Positions 51,790-62,425 are shown, counted from the first letter of the whole stretch. The stretch is 62,425 bases of DNA, filler included, from Stramenopiles sp. TOSAG23-6 (GCA_900128565.1; 36 parts of 36 records of this genome joined end to end with filler, not necessarily neighbours in it); one strand, 5' to 3'. Notes: generated from the letters alone by a model not told the origin. A program made the numbers and translations.

Positions 51790-52080
51790 TATACTAATAT
51801 ACTAATTCATGCTGCAACTGTTTTTCTGGCTGCATACTTTTTTTCAGCTATTTTTGGTAGGCAAGAAATGAGTCGGGCTGGAGCAGCGTCAATACTGTTT
51901 GCAGTTCATCCTGTTCACTCTGAAGTGGTTTCTAACGTTACATCTCGAGCAGAAACTTTATCCGCATTTTTCTCAAATATGTTTGTGTTGCAAATGTTGT
52001 CAAAAGAAACCCAAATATTGATATTTGAATAATTTGTGCTTGTTTCGATGAAAACAACTGACCAACTACTGCCAGTGCTT
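51487..52080. repeat. Perfect fold-back inversion centred near 51783
   Basis: The same 84-aa ORF appears on both strands; centre TATAATGAAATTTCATTATA. Confidence 0.9.
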
Positions 52081-52319
52081 NNNNNNNNNNNNNNNNNNNN
52101 NNNNNNNNNNNNNNNNNNNNNNNNTTAATTAATTAANNNNNNNNNNNNNNNNNNNNNNNNNNNNNNNNNNNNNNNNNNNNAAAAAGAACTACAATCTCTC
52201 TAGTCAAAATCTAACTTTTAAAATATGTTCAAAATTGAATTTCAAATTTATATTTTTTTTTTCGTACGCATTTTTGTAACTAACAATTTTTTACTATTTT
52301 TTTTTTTTTCACAATACAT

Positions 52320-53360
52320 ACGTCAAACTATTCTGGGGAATTAACATTATTGAAGGATAGTTTATGTTGTCCTATCTATAATGTAAACTCTTTTGATAAC
52401 CAACATTTATTATTAAAAGTTTGCGATAAAGAAGCCTATAAACAGGCGAATCGAATTTCAACATCAAAACAATCTCGCGCGGTGTATAATACTAATGCAT
52501 CTATTGCCTCTCCTTTTCCTAAAATTGACAGTTTTGTACGGTCATATTTAAGTAGTATTCCTGGACCAATGCCACCGTGTATCCGACAGTCTACTTTTTT
52601 ACCACCAAGTACAATTGTATATGAAATTTCACAAAATCGATATTGTGAACGTATCAGGAGAGAGCATCGATCAAATAATGTGTATTATGTAGCTAATATA
52701 CAAAAGTCTACAGTAAAAGATGATACTATTGCCGGTGATAAAAATATCGTAGGTGGTTGGTTGTACCAAAAATGTCATGATATCGAGTGTAAACAATCAA
52801 ATTTTAGATCTAATGGTGTTCCTATCCCACATAATGTTACTGTAGATATCGGTTGGAATTGGGATAACGAATGCCTTGAGAGTGGTAAAAATGAAAATGT
52901 GTCACCCAGTACAGCGAAAAGTGTACTTTTAAATAATGTTGAGAAGTCTTGTTGTGACATTTCAGATAATGTAGATGATAATTGGCTTGATGATGATGAC
53001 GATGATGTAATATTGGCTGCTGTTGAGGACGTGGAACGTTCTATATTAGATAGTAGTCTACTGACGAATGTTTCAGAAAACACAGATGATGATCAAATAG
53101 ATGATGATCAAATAGATGATGATGCAATATTAGCTGCTGTTATGGACGTGGAACGTTCAATGTTGGATAGTAGTCAACTCTTATCAGAAAACACAGATGA
53201 TGATCAAATAGATGACGATGCAATAGATGACGATGCAATATTAGCTGCTGTTGAAGATGTGGAAAGGAGTCAATTTTCAATGATTGAAAAGGAAGAGGAT
53301 GAAATAGATAAAAGCTCTTGTTTGGCCATGGATGAATTCGAGAGCTCATTTATGATTTAA
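52320..53360 (+). CDS. PRIMPOL: PrimPol C-terminal UL52-type zinc finger and acidic tail
   Basis: NRYCERIRREHRSNNVYY...YQKCHDIEC...FRS; preceded by a probable AT-AT intron 52223-52319. Confidence 0.88.
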   Translation, partial: TSNYSGELTLLKDSLCCPIYNVNSFDNQHLLLKVCDKEAYKQANRISTSKQSRAVYNTNASIASPFPKIDSFVRSYLSSIPGPMPPCIRQSTFLPPSTIVYEISQNRYCERIRREHRSNNVYYVANIQKSTVKDDTIAGDKNIVGGWLYQKCHDIECKQSNFRSNGVPIPHNVTVDIGWNWDNECLESGKNENVSPSTAKSVLLNNVEKSCCDISDNVDDNWLDDDDDDVILAAVEDVERSILDSSLLTNVSENTDDDQIDDDQIDDDAILAAVMDVERSMLDSSQLLSENTDDDQIDDDAIDDDAILAAVEDVERSQFSMIEKEEDEIDKSSCLAMDEFESSFMI

Positions 53361-53913
53361 CTATACACTGGACACAACATCATGATTGATAAAAACCTTT
53401 TTTAATAAATATACTTAATAATAATTTGTTCATATTTGCTTTGCATAATCTCCATAGTGTTTTTTTTACTGAAACATTATAATACTCCAGAATCATATCC
53501 TACAGTTGTGATTACTTCATCAAATCTTGCATCCACAACAGCAGCTGCTTTTGAAGATTTTGGCCTTTTTGAAAATATCTTCTGCCGTATTTTTATCACG
53601 AGAAAAATTACAAGCAAAAATATCACTATACCCGATGTGATCAATCCAATCATGAGATTTTTAGAAATTTTCCTTTTTGAGTTCTCTTTTTCAATTTCAT
53701 TCTTCTTGTTAAACCCTGGACCGTCATTTTGTGGATCCGTTTTATTGATACCAGCAGCAGCTTTATCAGCAGCAGCTTTATCCGCAGCAGCTTTATCCGC
53801 AGCAGCNNNNNNNNNNNNNNNNNNNNNNNNNNNNNNNNNNNNNNNNNNNNTTAATTAATTAANNNNNNNNNNNNNNNNNNNNNNNNNNNNNNNNNNNNNN
53901 NNNNNNCACTTAC

Positions 53914-53931
53914 CGAGGCTGCACTACCCAT
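53914..53931 (-). CDS. Possible first exon MGSAAS (N-myristoylation-like) with a canonical donor
   Basis: ATG GGT AGT GCA GCC TCG|GTAAGT, divergent from TSR1. Confidence 0.35.
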
Positions 53932-54273
53932 ATTCTACAGTAGTTTACTAATCCTATTCTGTTGCTAATCCTATTCTCGTCAACGACAACACCATATCAT
54001 TTTATTGATTAAAGTATAGCGTAAAAATGATATTTTTAGTCTTCGTTGGTACAATAAATAATTGATTTACACGACTTGAAACTGTCACAACTCTAAAACA
54101 CGAAACCCAAACACTGTAAAATATTTTTGTACATAATATTTGTACGTAAAGCGAATTGAAATCGAAATGTGCTGACTCCAAAGTGATTGATGTTCAGCTC
54201 TATATGTGGCTCTTTTCTAGCTAGTGTATCGTAGTGTAGTATTGGTAATTCTAACTTCGATTTACAATTAACC

Positions 54274-55481
54274 ATGGTAAATGAGACCCACCGCCATCGT
54301 TCTGGTACTCAAAAGCAGAAAAATAAGACACACAAGCGAAGTAATATTAGTAAGCGTGCTTTGAAAAGATCAGCTCCAGGTCGTATTGAAGCGCCGACTA
54401 AGCGCATTTCAATTAAAGCTGGCGAAAAAGTCAATAATGCAAAAAGAAAAAAGAACCGGGCCAAGCAGCTGAAGCAGCAAAAATTGGACCGATTACGTTC
54501 TCAGCGCCGCCTTGGTGGAGGTTCTAACGCACCAAAGGTTGTTTCTATACTACCATTAGCAGAAGGTGTCGATATTAATTCAATAGTGTCTGGTTTAACC
54601 GGAAGCACCGGGACAACTCCTAGTTGTTCTCCTCTTGGACATGCGACGGTCGAGTCTCGTAAGCTCAAGCAACGCTTTACATTTATACCGACTATGCGTA
54701 GCGTTCCGGGCGTACTAGATGCTGCTAAAGTAGCTGATGTTATTGTAGTTGTTCTCCCAGCACAGCATGGACAAGAGCACTGCATTGATGAGTTAGGTGA
54801 TGCTTGTATTTCTGCCTTGAGAGCTCAAGGTCTTCCAGCAGTGATATGTTTGACTACTGGTTTAAAGCAACTTCCACCAAAGCGCGCCCCAGAGATGCGT
54901 AAATATGCAAAGCGACTTTTTACAACTGAGTTTGGCGATTCAGTAAAAGTTCTTGATGATGGGAACTATTTCCACGTACTAAGGGCCTTAAGTGACGTTC
55001 GATTGAAGGAATTGAAATGGCGAAATTTGAGACCATATATTGTTGCTGATTCTTACAATCTATCAGAAGGTTCAAACAACGATTCATCAAATTTGGTGAA
55101 TCTTCAAGTGAAAGGTTACCTTCGAGGATCGGCATTATCACCAAACCAATTGGTTCATATCACAGACGTTGGAACATTTCCGTTACAAACTATGTATGTT
55201 TTATTTTTTTTCAATTTCGATTTTTTTTTTCGTACGAAATGTTGTACCTAACAAATTTTAGTTTTTTTTTTTTTAAATATTTTCCAAAATACATTTCTGG
55301 TACTTCTGATCCCTGTAAAACAAAAAGGTCAAAAATATTGGATGAAGAAAAACTTCTTTTGACTTCTGATCCTTCTATTGTAAATGAAGATTTCATGCGC
55401 TCCGAGGTGATGCCGACAGATGATTGTTGTGAACAAACCTGGCCAACCCAAGAGGAAATGGCGGTAGCTAGAATGGAGTAT
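54274..55481 (+). CDS. TSR1: Pre-rRNA processing protein TSR1, 5' part; GT-AT intron 55194-55294
   Basis: HRHRSGTQKQKNKTHK; LDAAKVADV; LRAQGLP; WRNLRPY; GYLRG...NQLVHITDVGTF; EQTWPTQEEM. Confidence 0.95.
55194..55294 (+). other. Consensus-like family intron, GT-AT termini
   Basis: ACT AT|GTATGTTTT...CGTACGAAATGTTGTACCTAAC...TCCAAAATACAT|T TCT GGT. Confidence 0.9.
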
Positions 55482-55686
55482 GTATGTTTTATTTTTTTTT
55501 TTTAACAAAAAAATCGAATTTATTTTTCGTACNNNNNNNNNNNNNNNNNNNNNNNNNNNNNNNNNNNNNNNNNNNNTTAATTAATTAANNNNNNNNNNNN
55601 NNNNNNNNNNNNNNNNNNNNNNNNNNNNNNNNGTACGAAATTTTGTACCTAACGATTTTTTTTTGAAATATTTTTCCAAAATACAT

Positions 55687-57169
55687 GCCTTGCGTTTGAA
55701 ACATGTTTCTCAGCCCCTACTGTCGCAGTATTTAGTACAGATCGTTGGTATTACCTTTTAATACAAGGAATTTTATTAGGTTTATTGCTTGATGTCGTTC
55801 AATTTGAATTATTTTTAATTGTCACTCAATCGATGGCTAGATTTGAAAATTGGGAAACTGCAACAGCGTATGATTTTTCATTGGCAAAAAAACAATTTTT
55901 ATTCTTATGGGTGAATATGTATGTCTGGTTTTGGGGACTTGGGTTAATATATGTACCATATGGTCCATTTATTTGTGAATACTTAATTCGAATTGGTATG
56001 GGATATTTAGTGCCTGCAAAGGGATGGATGGATAATACAATTAATGTCGATGAAGCTTTTCTTACTCCGCTTGTAGCAACGCAAAGTATAAATCTTTTAT
56101 TAGAAACTTTAGTGCCATATTATATTGGTAAAGCAATGCACAAAAGTAAACGAAAAGCAAAAAAGAAGAGGCACCAAAAGATCATAAAAGAAGGCCATAC
56201 AGAACCAAGAGAAATGACTGGGTTGGAGATTCAACTACGAGAAAAAGGTCTTGGGTCTCTTAAAAAAGGATGGAAACTTTTAAAATCTTCACGAGTACAA
56301 TTACGTGGTTATGCCAAACAAGCACCAACAGCTGGAACTAAAGTATTCAGTGCTATAGCTCATGTTTTTAAAACATCAGAGGAAGAGAAAGGTCGAAAAC
56401 GAAAAAAACTAGCGAAAACATTATTAAAACAAGTTTATTCCCAAATGCAGGAAGCTGATGGCGTTTCCTGTGATATGAAGAAGTTAGATATGCTCGATGC
56501 TTTATATTCTGATTATTATGTGCTGGATATGGTACAAAATGGGGCAGGTGGAGTCTTACGACCAATGTTGTCTATACGAGGTGACTTGGCACGAAATTTA
56601 GCAAAATATAGAACAGTAAGAGAAGGATATATCTCATTTGAAGAGTTATGGAACTGGTCACTTCAAACGAATTTGTGGAAAGAGAATATACTATCTTATA
56701 ATTCTAAAGATGGCGTTGGTGACATCAACACAAAATCGCTTATCAACACAAGTTCACATCAAAGGGAGATGATTGCTGCTGTATTAGCAAAATACTCATC
56801 CGGAATATCTTACTGTCAATCACTAGCTGCAGTTGTTGGAAGAAAATATCATGTAAAAATTGATGTACATTTGGAAACACCTGATATGAATGAGTATTGT
56901 GCAACGGATGTGACGGAGCAAAGCTTACTTGGCCAGTTTGATCCGAGAGATGATTTTTTGGATGTATTGCTTCAGCTAGGATATCAACTTCAATTTACTG
57001 TAGCATGGCCCTTTATACCACTGTGTTGTTTAGTGAATAATTACTTTGAAATTCCGTCGGATTTATTTAAACTTTTGTTTACATGTGCACGCCCTATTCC
57101 AAGACAACAAGACAGTTTAGCAGAATGGGAAACTATGCTGTGGTGGGAGCCAATACTTTCATGTCCAAT
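55687..57169 (+). CDS. Anoctamin/TMEM16 family protein, internal exon
   Basis: MARFENWETATAYDFSLAKKQFLFLWVN; DDFLDVLLQLGY...AWPFIPLCCLVNNYFEIPSDLFKLL...RPIP. Confidence 0.9.
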
Positions 57170-57419
57170 GTATGTTTTATTTTTTTTTCAAATTCTATTT
57201 TGTTTCGTACGAAATTTTGTACCTAACGTTTTTTTTTTCAAATATTTTTCCAAAATANNNNNNNNNNNNNNNNNNNNNNNNNNNNNNNNNNNNNNNNNNN
57301 NTTAATTAATTAANNNNNNNNNNNNNNNNNNNNNNNNNNNNNNNNNNNNNNNNNNNNTAGGTACAAAATTTACTATAAAAAAATAAATTCGATTTTTTTG
57401 TAAAAAAAAAAAAAAATAT

Positions 57420-58144
57420 TCTTTTTTTTTGGGGGGGGGGGGAACCTACTCCTCCAGTAAAAGGTAAATCCGTTGGTAGCCCAAGTACGATCGATCCGTC
57501 AATGTGACGTCCGTCTACATGTATTTTGTAAAAATATTTCAAAAAAATTTTCGTAAAAAAAAAATTTGTTAGGTACAAAATTTCGTACGAAAAAAATAAA
57601 TTCGATTTTTTTTTTACCGGAAAAAAAAAAAAATAAAACACACACCTAAGAAGGGAATGCCTATTGGCCCATATTCACGATCACTAAATGTACCATATCC
57701 AGGAGTATTGTAATCTTTGAAACCACCTCCATAGTCAGAGCCTTTGACATGGATTATGAAAAAATATTTCAAAAAATTTTCTATAAAAAAAAAAATTGTT
57801 AGGTACAAAATTTCGTACGAAAAAAAAAATTCGAATTTGAAAAAATATAAAACATACATACATTTGCTCCCAATTGGTAAACTCTGGTCGGAAATTTTGT
57901 GGTGAACTTTTTCTTTGGTTTGCTTTTGATGTTGAATCAACACTTTGTTCTTTTATGGCTTTTATGGCTTTTGTGGCTTTTATGGATGTAGAGACAGTTG
58001 TATCTGATTTTTTTTTCTTGATTTTGAATGCATTATTCCGAAGCGCCAAAGCATGAACACTTGACGTTTGGTGTAAGACATTGAAAGAATGAAAGTAATA
58101 TGAAATTGTAATAATATGAAATAAAAATGAACTGGTCATAGTCA
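57420..58144 (-). CDS. Predicted secreted hypothetical protein; family introns 57749-57857 and 57519-57643
   Basis: Exons join in frame: WEQMY/VKGSDYGGG...PFLG/VDGRHIDGS. Confidence 0.6.
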
Positions 58145-58538
58145 CTAAAATTATGGAATTTTGTTTTACTAAGCCCTTCTTTTACATGCAAGTTGCAAAG
58201 ACATCATAAACGATCAATATCTGATCTCGATCTTCTAGTTTTATATTTTGATCTTTGAAATTTGAATTGAAAAAAATTCACCAAAATCCCCGGTGATTTC
58301 GGAGAAAAAAAGAAAAAGTTACCCGGCACCCAAACCGAAATGGAGCGAGGTAAAAAATTATTGTTATTTTGAAGCATTTTGAGCATTTTGCTTTCTTCGA
58401 AGCGAAACCAAACAAAAAACGTGTGTCCTCGTCCTCTGTACTTCGTCGTACTACACAACATTATTATAAAGTGGACGTGTTTATATATTAACCAAAAGAG
58501 AGAGCCTCAGAGAAAGTCTTTGATTATTCTCTTGTGGC

Positions 58539-58981
58539 GATGGACATTACTGTGGACTCGGAAGTGCTGCACGTGAATACCAACGGCACGCCACCCGCTT
58601 CCTCCATTTCAAAGAAAGAGATTTCTCAAACTCCTGAGGGTCCTAGTAAAGGGGAACTTACGGATCCAAAAAGCATAGCCAGTACTGAAAACGATATCAC
58701 CGAAAATAATGTGTCAACCCTAAATACAACGAAAGACGATAGTACGATGGATACCAAATCTGAGAAAATAGATAAACCTCAATTATCAGTGGAGAACCAA
58801 AAAGAAGAACATAGGATGTCGAGTTCTTTGTCGAGTTCCGAAAGTACGTCGAGTTCCGAAAGTATTACATCAAAGGCTGCAGAAAGTAAAGGGGAAGTAG
58901 ACACTAGTGTAGAAACATCGGAGGAAAAAGTTTCACAGTCCTCACCTAAGAATCAAATAGAAAAATCGGAGGAAAAAGTTT
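58539..58981 (+). CDS. Ser/Glu/Lys-rich hypothetical protein, N-terminus
   Basis: ORF open to the scaffold end. Confidence 0.45.
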
Positions 58982-59132
58982 NNNNNNNNNNNNNNNNNNN
59001 NNNNNNNNNNNNNNNNNNNNNNNNNTTAATTAATTAANNNNNNNNNNNNNNNNNNNNNNNNNNNNNNNNNNNNNNNNNNNNTGAAAATTTTGTACCTAAC
59101 AAATTTCGAATTTAATTTTTTTTACAATACAT

Positions 59133-60618
59133 GTGATCCTGCTTTTCAAAGGTATTATACTGATGATAATGCACGTGTATGTCTTAATTTTTTTTCAAAT
59201 TGTTTTTTTTTTCGTACGAAAGTTCGTACCTAACAAATTTTAGTTTTTTTTTTTTGAAATATTTTTCCAAAATACGTTCACTTCTAGCTGGATTAGCAAC
59301 TCGGTCACTTTTGCGTAACTCGGCATGGGACTCTATCATTGTAAGTGCTGTACTAGCTAATTTGCGTATGGCTGGTCCAAGTGGCTTTGCAGATGGATCA
59401 CTAATGTTTAGTGATATTGCAAAAAGTGGTTGGGAGGCACGATCTGCAAAGGATCACAAGAATATTAAGAGTGTATATTCACCACACTACCAATCTTACA
59501 TTTGGGCTGTTTTCCTTCGAATGTATAAAATAACTGGATACAAACCTCTTTTAGAAAAGGCCAAAAATGCCATTTCAAATATGATGGACAAGTACCCTGA
59601 ATGGTGGCAAAGTACGAGCAATGGTATCACAATGCAACGGGCACGAATGATTTTGCCACTTGCATGGTTAGTCATGGTAGAAGACACACCGGAGCATCGG
59701 CAGTGGCTTGATGTAATTACTCAGGGTTTGCTTGAAAGACAAGATATAAAAACGGGTGCGATTCGTGAGGAAATAAGTGGTAAAGGTTGGGGGTCCAGTG
59801 CACGTGTACCAAACAACACAAATTACGGTACATTTGAAGCACCGCTTAACCAGTCAAATGAAGATCCAGTAAGCGATCTTTTGTATGTTTTATTTTTTTT
59901 CAAATTCGAATTTATTTATTTTTTTATAAAAATTTTGTACCTAACGAATTTTTTTTTGAAATATTTTTACAAAATACATGTACACAACAAACTTTGCTTT
60001 TCTTGGTCTTCATGAAGCAGTACATGTATGTTTTAAAAATTGATTTTTTTGGTCTAAACATTTTTTTATAGGATTTTTTTTTTACAAAGAAAAAAATGTA
60101 TATTTTTGTACCACTAATGCTGTTGGTCCAACAACTGAAATGGGAAAACGATATATGGCAGCTGAGGATCGTCTGGCAAATTTGCTAGTTCGTGCACAGG
60201 TTACCAGTGGTGCTGTTTGGTCCAATGAGGATACAGACACGACAGATTGGGAACACACTGAGCTAAATGGGGCATGTATGTTTTCATCATGAATTTATTA
60301 TTTTTTTTTCGTACGAAATTTCGTACCTAACAAAACAAATTACAAAAAAAAATATTTTTTCACAATAAATGGTTTCGTGCCTTTGATTTTGAAAAGTGGG
60401 AATATTGGGCTTCTGATAGTGATATTGGTTGGGGGGCATGTACATTTTCATAATGGATTGAAAATTAATTTATTTTTGTACCAAATTTTGTACTTCTGAA
60501 AAAAAATCGAATTTGACATATTTTTTCATAAAACATGGTCTATTGAGACAGGTTGGACACAAGCATGGATTAGCTCTGTATTTGCCATGCGTCAACTAAA
60601 TCAGAGTTTGTGGGACAT
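59133..60618 (+). CDS. Six-hairpin glycosidase-like protein; family introns 59177-59277, 59883-59979, 60026-60118, 60276-60370 and 60440-60536
   Basis: Spliced product: YTDDNARSLLA...ERQD...NYGTFEAPL...DPVSDLLYTTNFAFLGLHEA...LNGAWFRAFDFEKWEYWASDSDIGWGAWSIETGWTQAWI. Confidence 0.75.
59177..59277 (+). other. Family intron, GT-GT termini with GT repeated at both junctions
   Basis: GCA CGT|GTATGT...CAAAATACGT|TCA CTT. Confidence 0.75.
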
Positions 60619-60861
60619 GTATGTTTTATTTTTTTTTTTTTGTATGAATTTTTTTTCATACGAAATTTTGTACCTAACAAATTTTTTTAGATTTTTTTTG
60701 AAANNNNNNNNNNNNNNNNNNNNNNNNNNNNNNNNNNNNNNNNNNNNTTAATTAATTAANNNNNNNNNNNNNNNNNNNNNNNNNNNNNNNNNNNNNNNNN
60801 NNNACTTTGTAAAAATATTTCAATTTTTTTCTTGTTAGTTTATTGGGTACAAAATTTCATA

Positions 60862-60897
<36 letters not shown>

Positions 60898-60989
60898 TTT
60901 TTTAGGGACAAAATTTCATAGTAATTTTTTTTTTTTTTTTTTTTTTGTTAGTTTATTAGGTACAAAATTCTCTATTAAAAAAAACATAC

Positions 60990-62365
60990 ATATTCTTTCC
61001 GTCTACCTATAAATTTTTTCATATTATTCCATGACCAAGAATATTTTAGTGCATTTTTATAGTTTTGATGAAAATCATTATTTTTATTAAAATCACCAGT
61101 AGTAGATTGAGATACATTTGGAATTTGTGTCTTTGACGATTTCATGAGTTGTTTTTGAGCTATACTGTATTGTACAAAAATATTTTTTTTTTTTGAGATT
61201 TTTAATTTTTTTTCGTTAGGTACAAAATTTCCTACAAAACAAAAAATTAAAATTTTGAAATATATATTTTTTTTTTAAATGTTTTTTGTTAGGTACAAAA
61301 TTTACTACAAAAAAAAAATTGAAATTTTGAAAACATATATACATCGACAAGCATGAATCCACCAAAGCTTTGGTAGTTGAGATATTGATATATTTGGCCG
61401 ATGCTCCCGACACGATTCTACAACACGAAATATGCGTATTGCATTTTCAAGTGCTATGACGTCATCGTATTGTCTCTGATGAAAGTGTACATTCATATTT
61501 TCAAAATTAGCTTTAATTTGTAATTTAGGAAAATTTAAATTCATTTTATCATTTAATGCTATATGAGCTTCAACAGAGATAGGAAGTAAAATATGATGAG
61601 AAAATTTTGATTTTTTTGATTTTTTTGTTTTTTTTGTTTTTTTTGATATTTTTGATATTTTTGTTTTTTTTGTTGTTTTGGTTGGACTAGGGTTAGGGTT
61701 TGTAGATGATGTTTCTTCATAAATCATTTTCAAGAGTTTTTCGTGTCGTGTCTCTCTACAATTTTCTTTTGATATCAATTTCACCATCGTCGATTTCCAA
61801 TACAGTGAAACATCAGATAGACGTCCAAACTTGAAAACTCTCGTTTCATGTATTACAAAACATATTTGAAATATTTAAAAATTGTTAGGTACAAAATTTC
61901 GTACGAAAAAAAAAATTTAAATTAAAAAAAAAATTTTTGAAATGTTTTTTTTGAAATGTTTTTTTTGAAATGTTTTTTTTGAAATGTTTTTTTTGAAAAT
62001 GTTTTTTTTGAAATTTTTGAAAACGTATATTTTTATTCGACTCTATTGATTCATCATGAAATATAGTCTCATCATCTGCATTTACTGTTTTTATACTACA
62101 ATATTTGAGAGTTAAACCAACAGCAAAATTATTTTTATTTGAATATTCATCTTCATATCGAATAAATTTTGGGAAAATATTTCAAATTTTTTTTTTACAT
62201 TTTTGTTACAATCGATTTTTTTTTGTTTTACTATACAAATTTCGTATTTAAAAAAAAAAANTTAAAACCTTTGGTACAAAATTTCGTATTTAAAAAAATT
62301 ATACATTCCAAATTGAAATAAAGTATGANAACGTACATGTGAAGATTACAAATGTCTATTTGAAT
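60990..62365 (-). CDS. VPS13: VPS13 N-terminal (chorein) region; family introns 62162-62336, 61848-62028 and 61165-61338
   Basis: IQIDICNLHI/RYED; FAVGLTL; SLYW; QRQYDD; LWWIHA; WSWNNM...RRKEY. Confidence 0.9.
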
Positions 62366-62425
62366 ATGAGTTTTGGAAAAATATTTCAAAAAAAATCTAA
62401 AAAAAATTGTTAGGTACAAAATTTC

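Larger units (their letters stand above)
277..62425. mobile_element. Dispersed family of ~90-130 nt Introner-like non-canonical introns (mostly GT-AT), roughly 60 non-redundant copies
   Basis: Repeated consensus GTAYGTTTT...CGTACGAAATTTTGTACCTAAC...GAAATATTTTTCCAAAATACAT. Sense to the host gene in every case I could orient. Excision restores frame in TSR1, TEL2, VPS13, the two-pore channel, RPN2 and the six-hairpin-like gene. Confidence 0.9.

Noticed and set aside
51487-52080. Large palindrome or hairpin end
   Set aside because: A perfect fold-back in mid-gene at a scaffold end is typical of multiple-displacement-amplification chimeras.
55192-55292. U12-type AT-AC introns
   Set aside because: There is no ATATCCTT donor, the AC is not conserved in the shifted register (TA, AA, TC, TT, GC seen), and the TPC junctions favour the GT-start register.
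59082-60703. CRISPR-like repeat-spacer array
   Set aside because: The 'spacers' are exons of variable length that splice into one protein; the context is eukaryotic and there are no cas genes.

Overview
This is not a contiguous locus. It is 36 unrelated, size-sorted eukaryotic mini-scaffolds (about 1650 down to 1620 bp) joined by artificial N44-TTAATTAATTAA-N44 spacers. The DNA is AT-rich nuclear sequence from a protist; a heterotrophic stramenopile-like single-cell or metagenome assembly is my inference. Recognisable gene fragments include TSR1, HDAC1/RPD3, alpha-COP, ETFDH, TEL2, PrimPol, VPS13, ribophorin II, TMTC, anoctamin, a two-pore channel, a KCNH/CNG-type channel, an IP3 receptor, AP-4 epsilon, a Kelch-BTB protein and RCC1 proteins. 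The main signal is a family of roughly 60 near-identical ~90-130 nt insertions (hand count, complete plus partial, redundant contigs excluded). They interrupt conserved genes in the sense orientation, and removing them restores the reading frame. Consensus: exon-AT|GTAYGTTTT...TTCGTACGAAATTTTGTACCTAAC...GAAATATTTTTCCAAAATACAT|exon. They have a U2-like donor and a branch-point-like CTAAC but almost never end in AG. Most are GT-AT; GT-TT, GT-TG, GT-GT, AT-AT and a probable AT-AG also occur. Short terminal inverted repeats and an apparent 2-nt target duplication suggest Introner-like mobile introns removed by splicing with a relaxed acceptor. Ordinary GT-AG introns coexist, in one case within the same gene. 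Splice boundaries are inferred from protein conservation, not RNA. Several oddities (triplicated contig, fold-back, scrambled exon order) are probably assembly or amplification artefacts.
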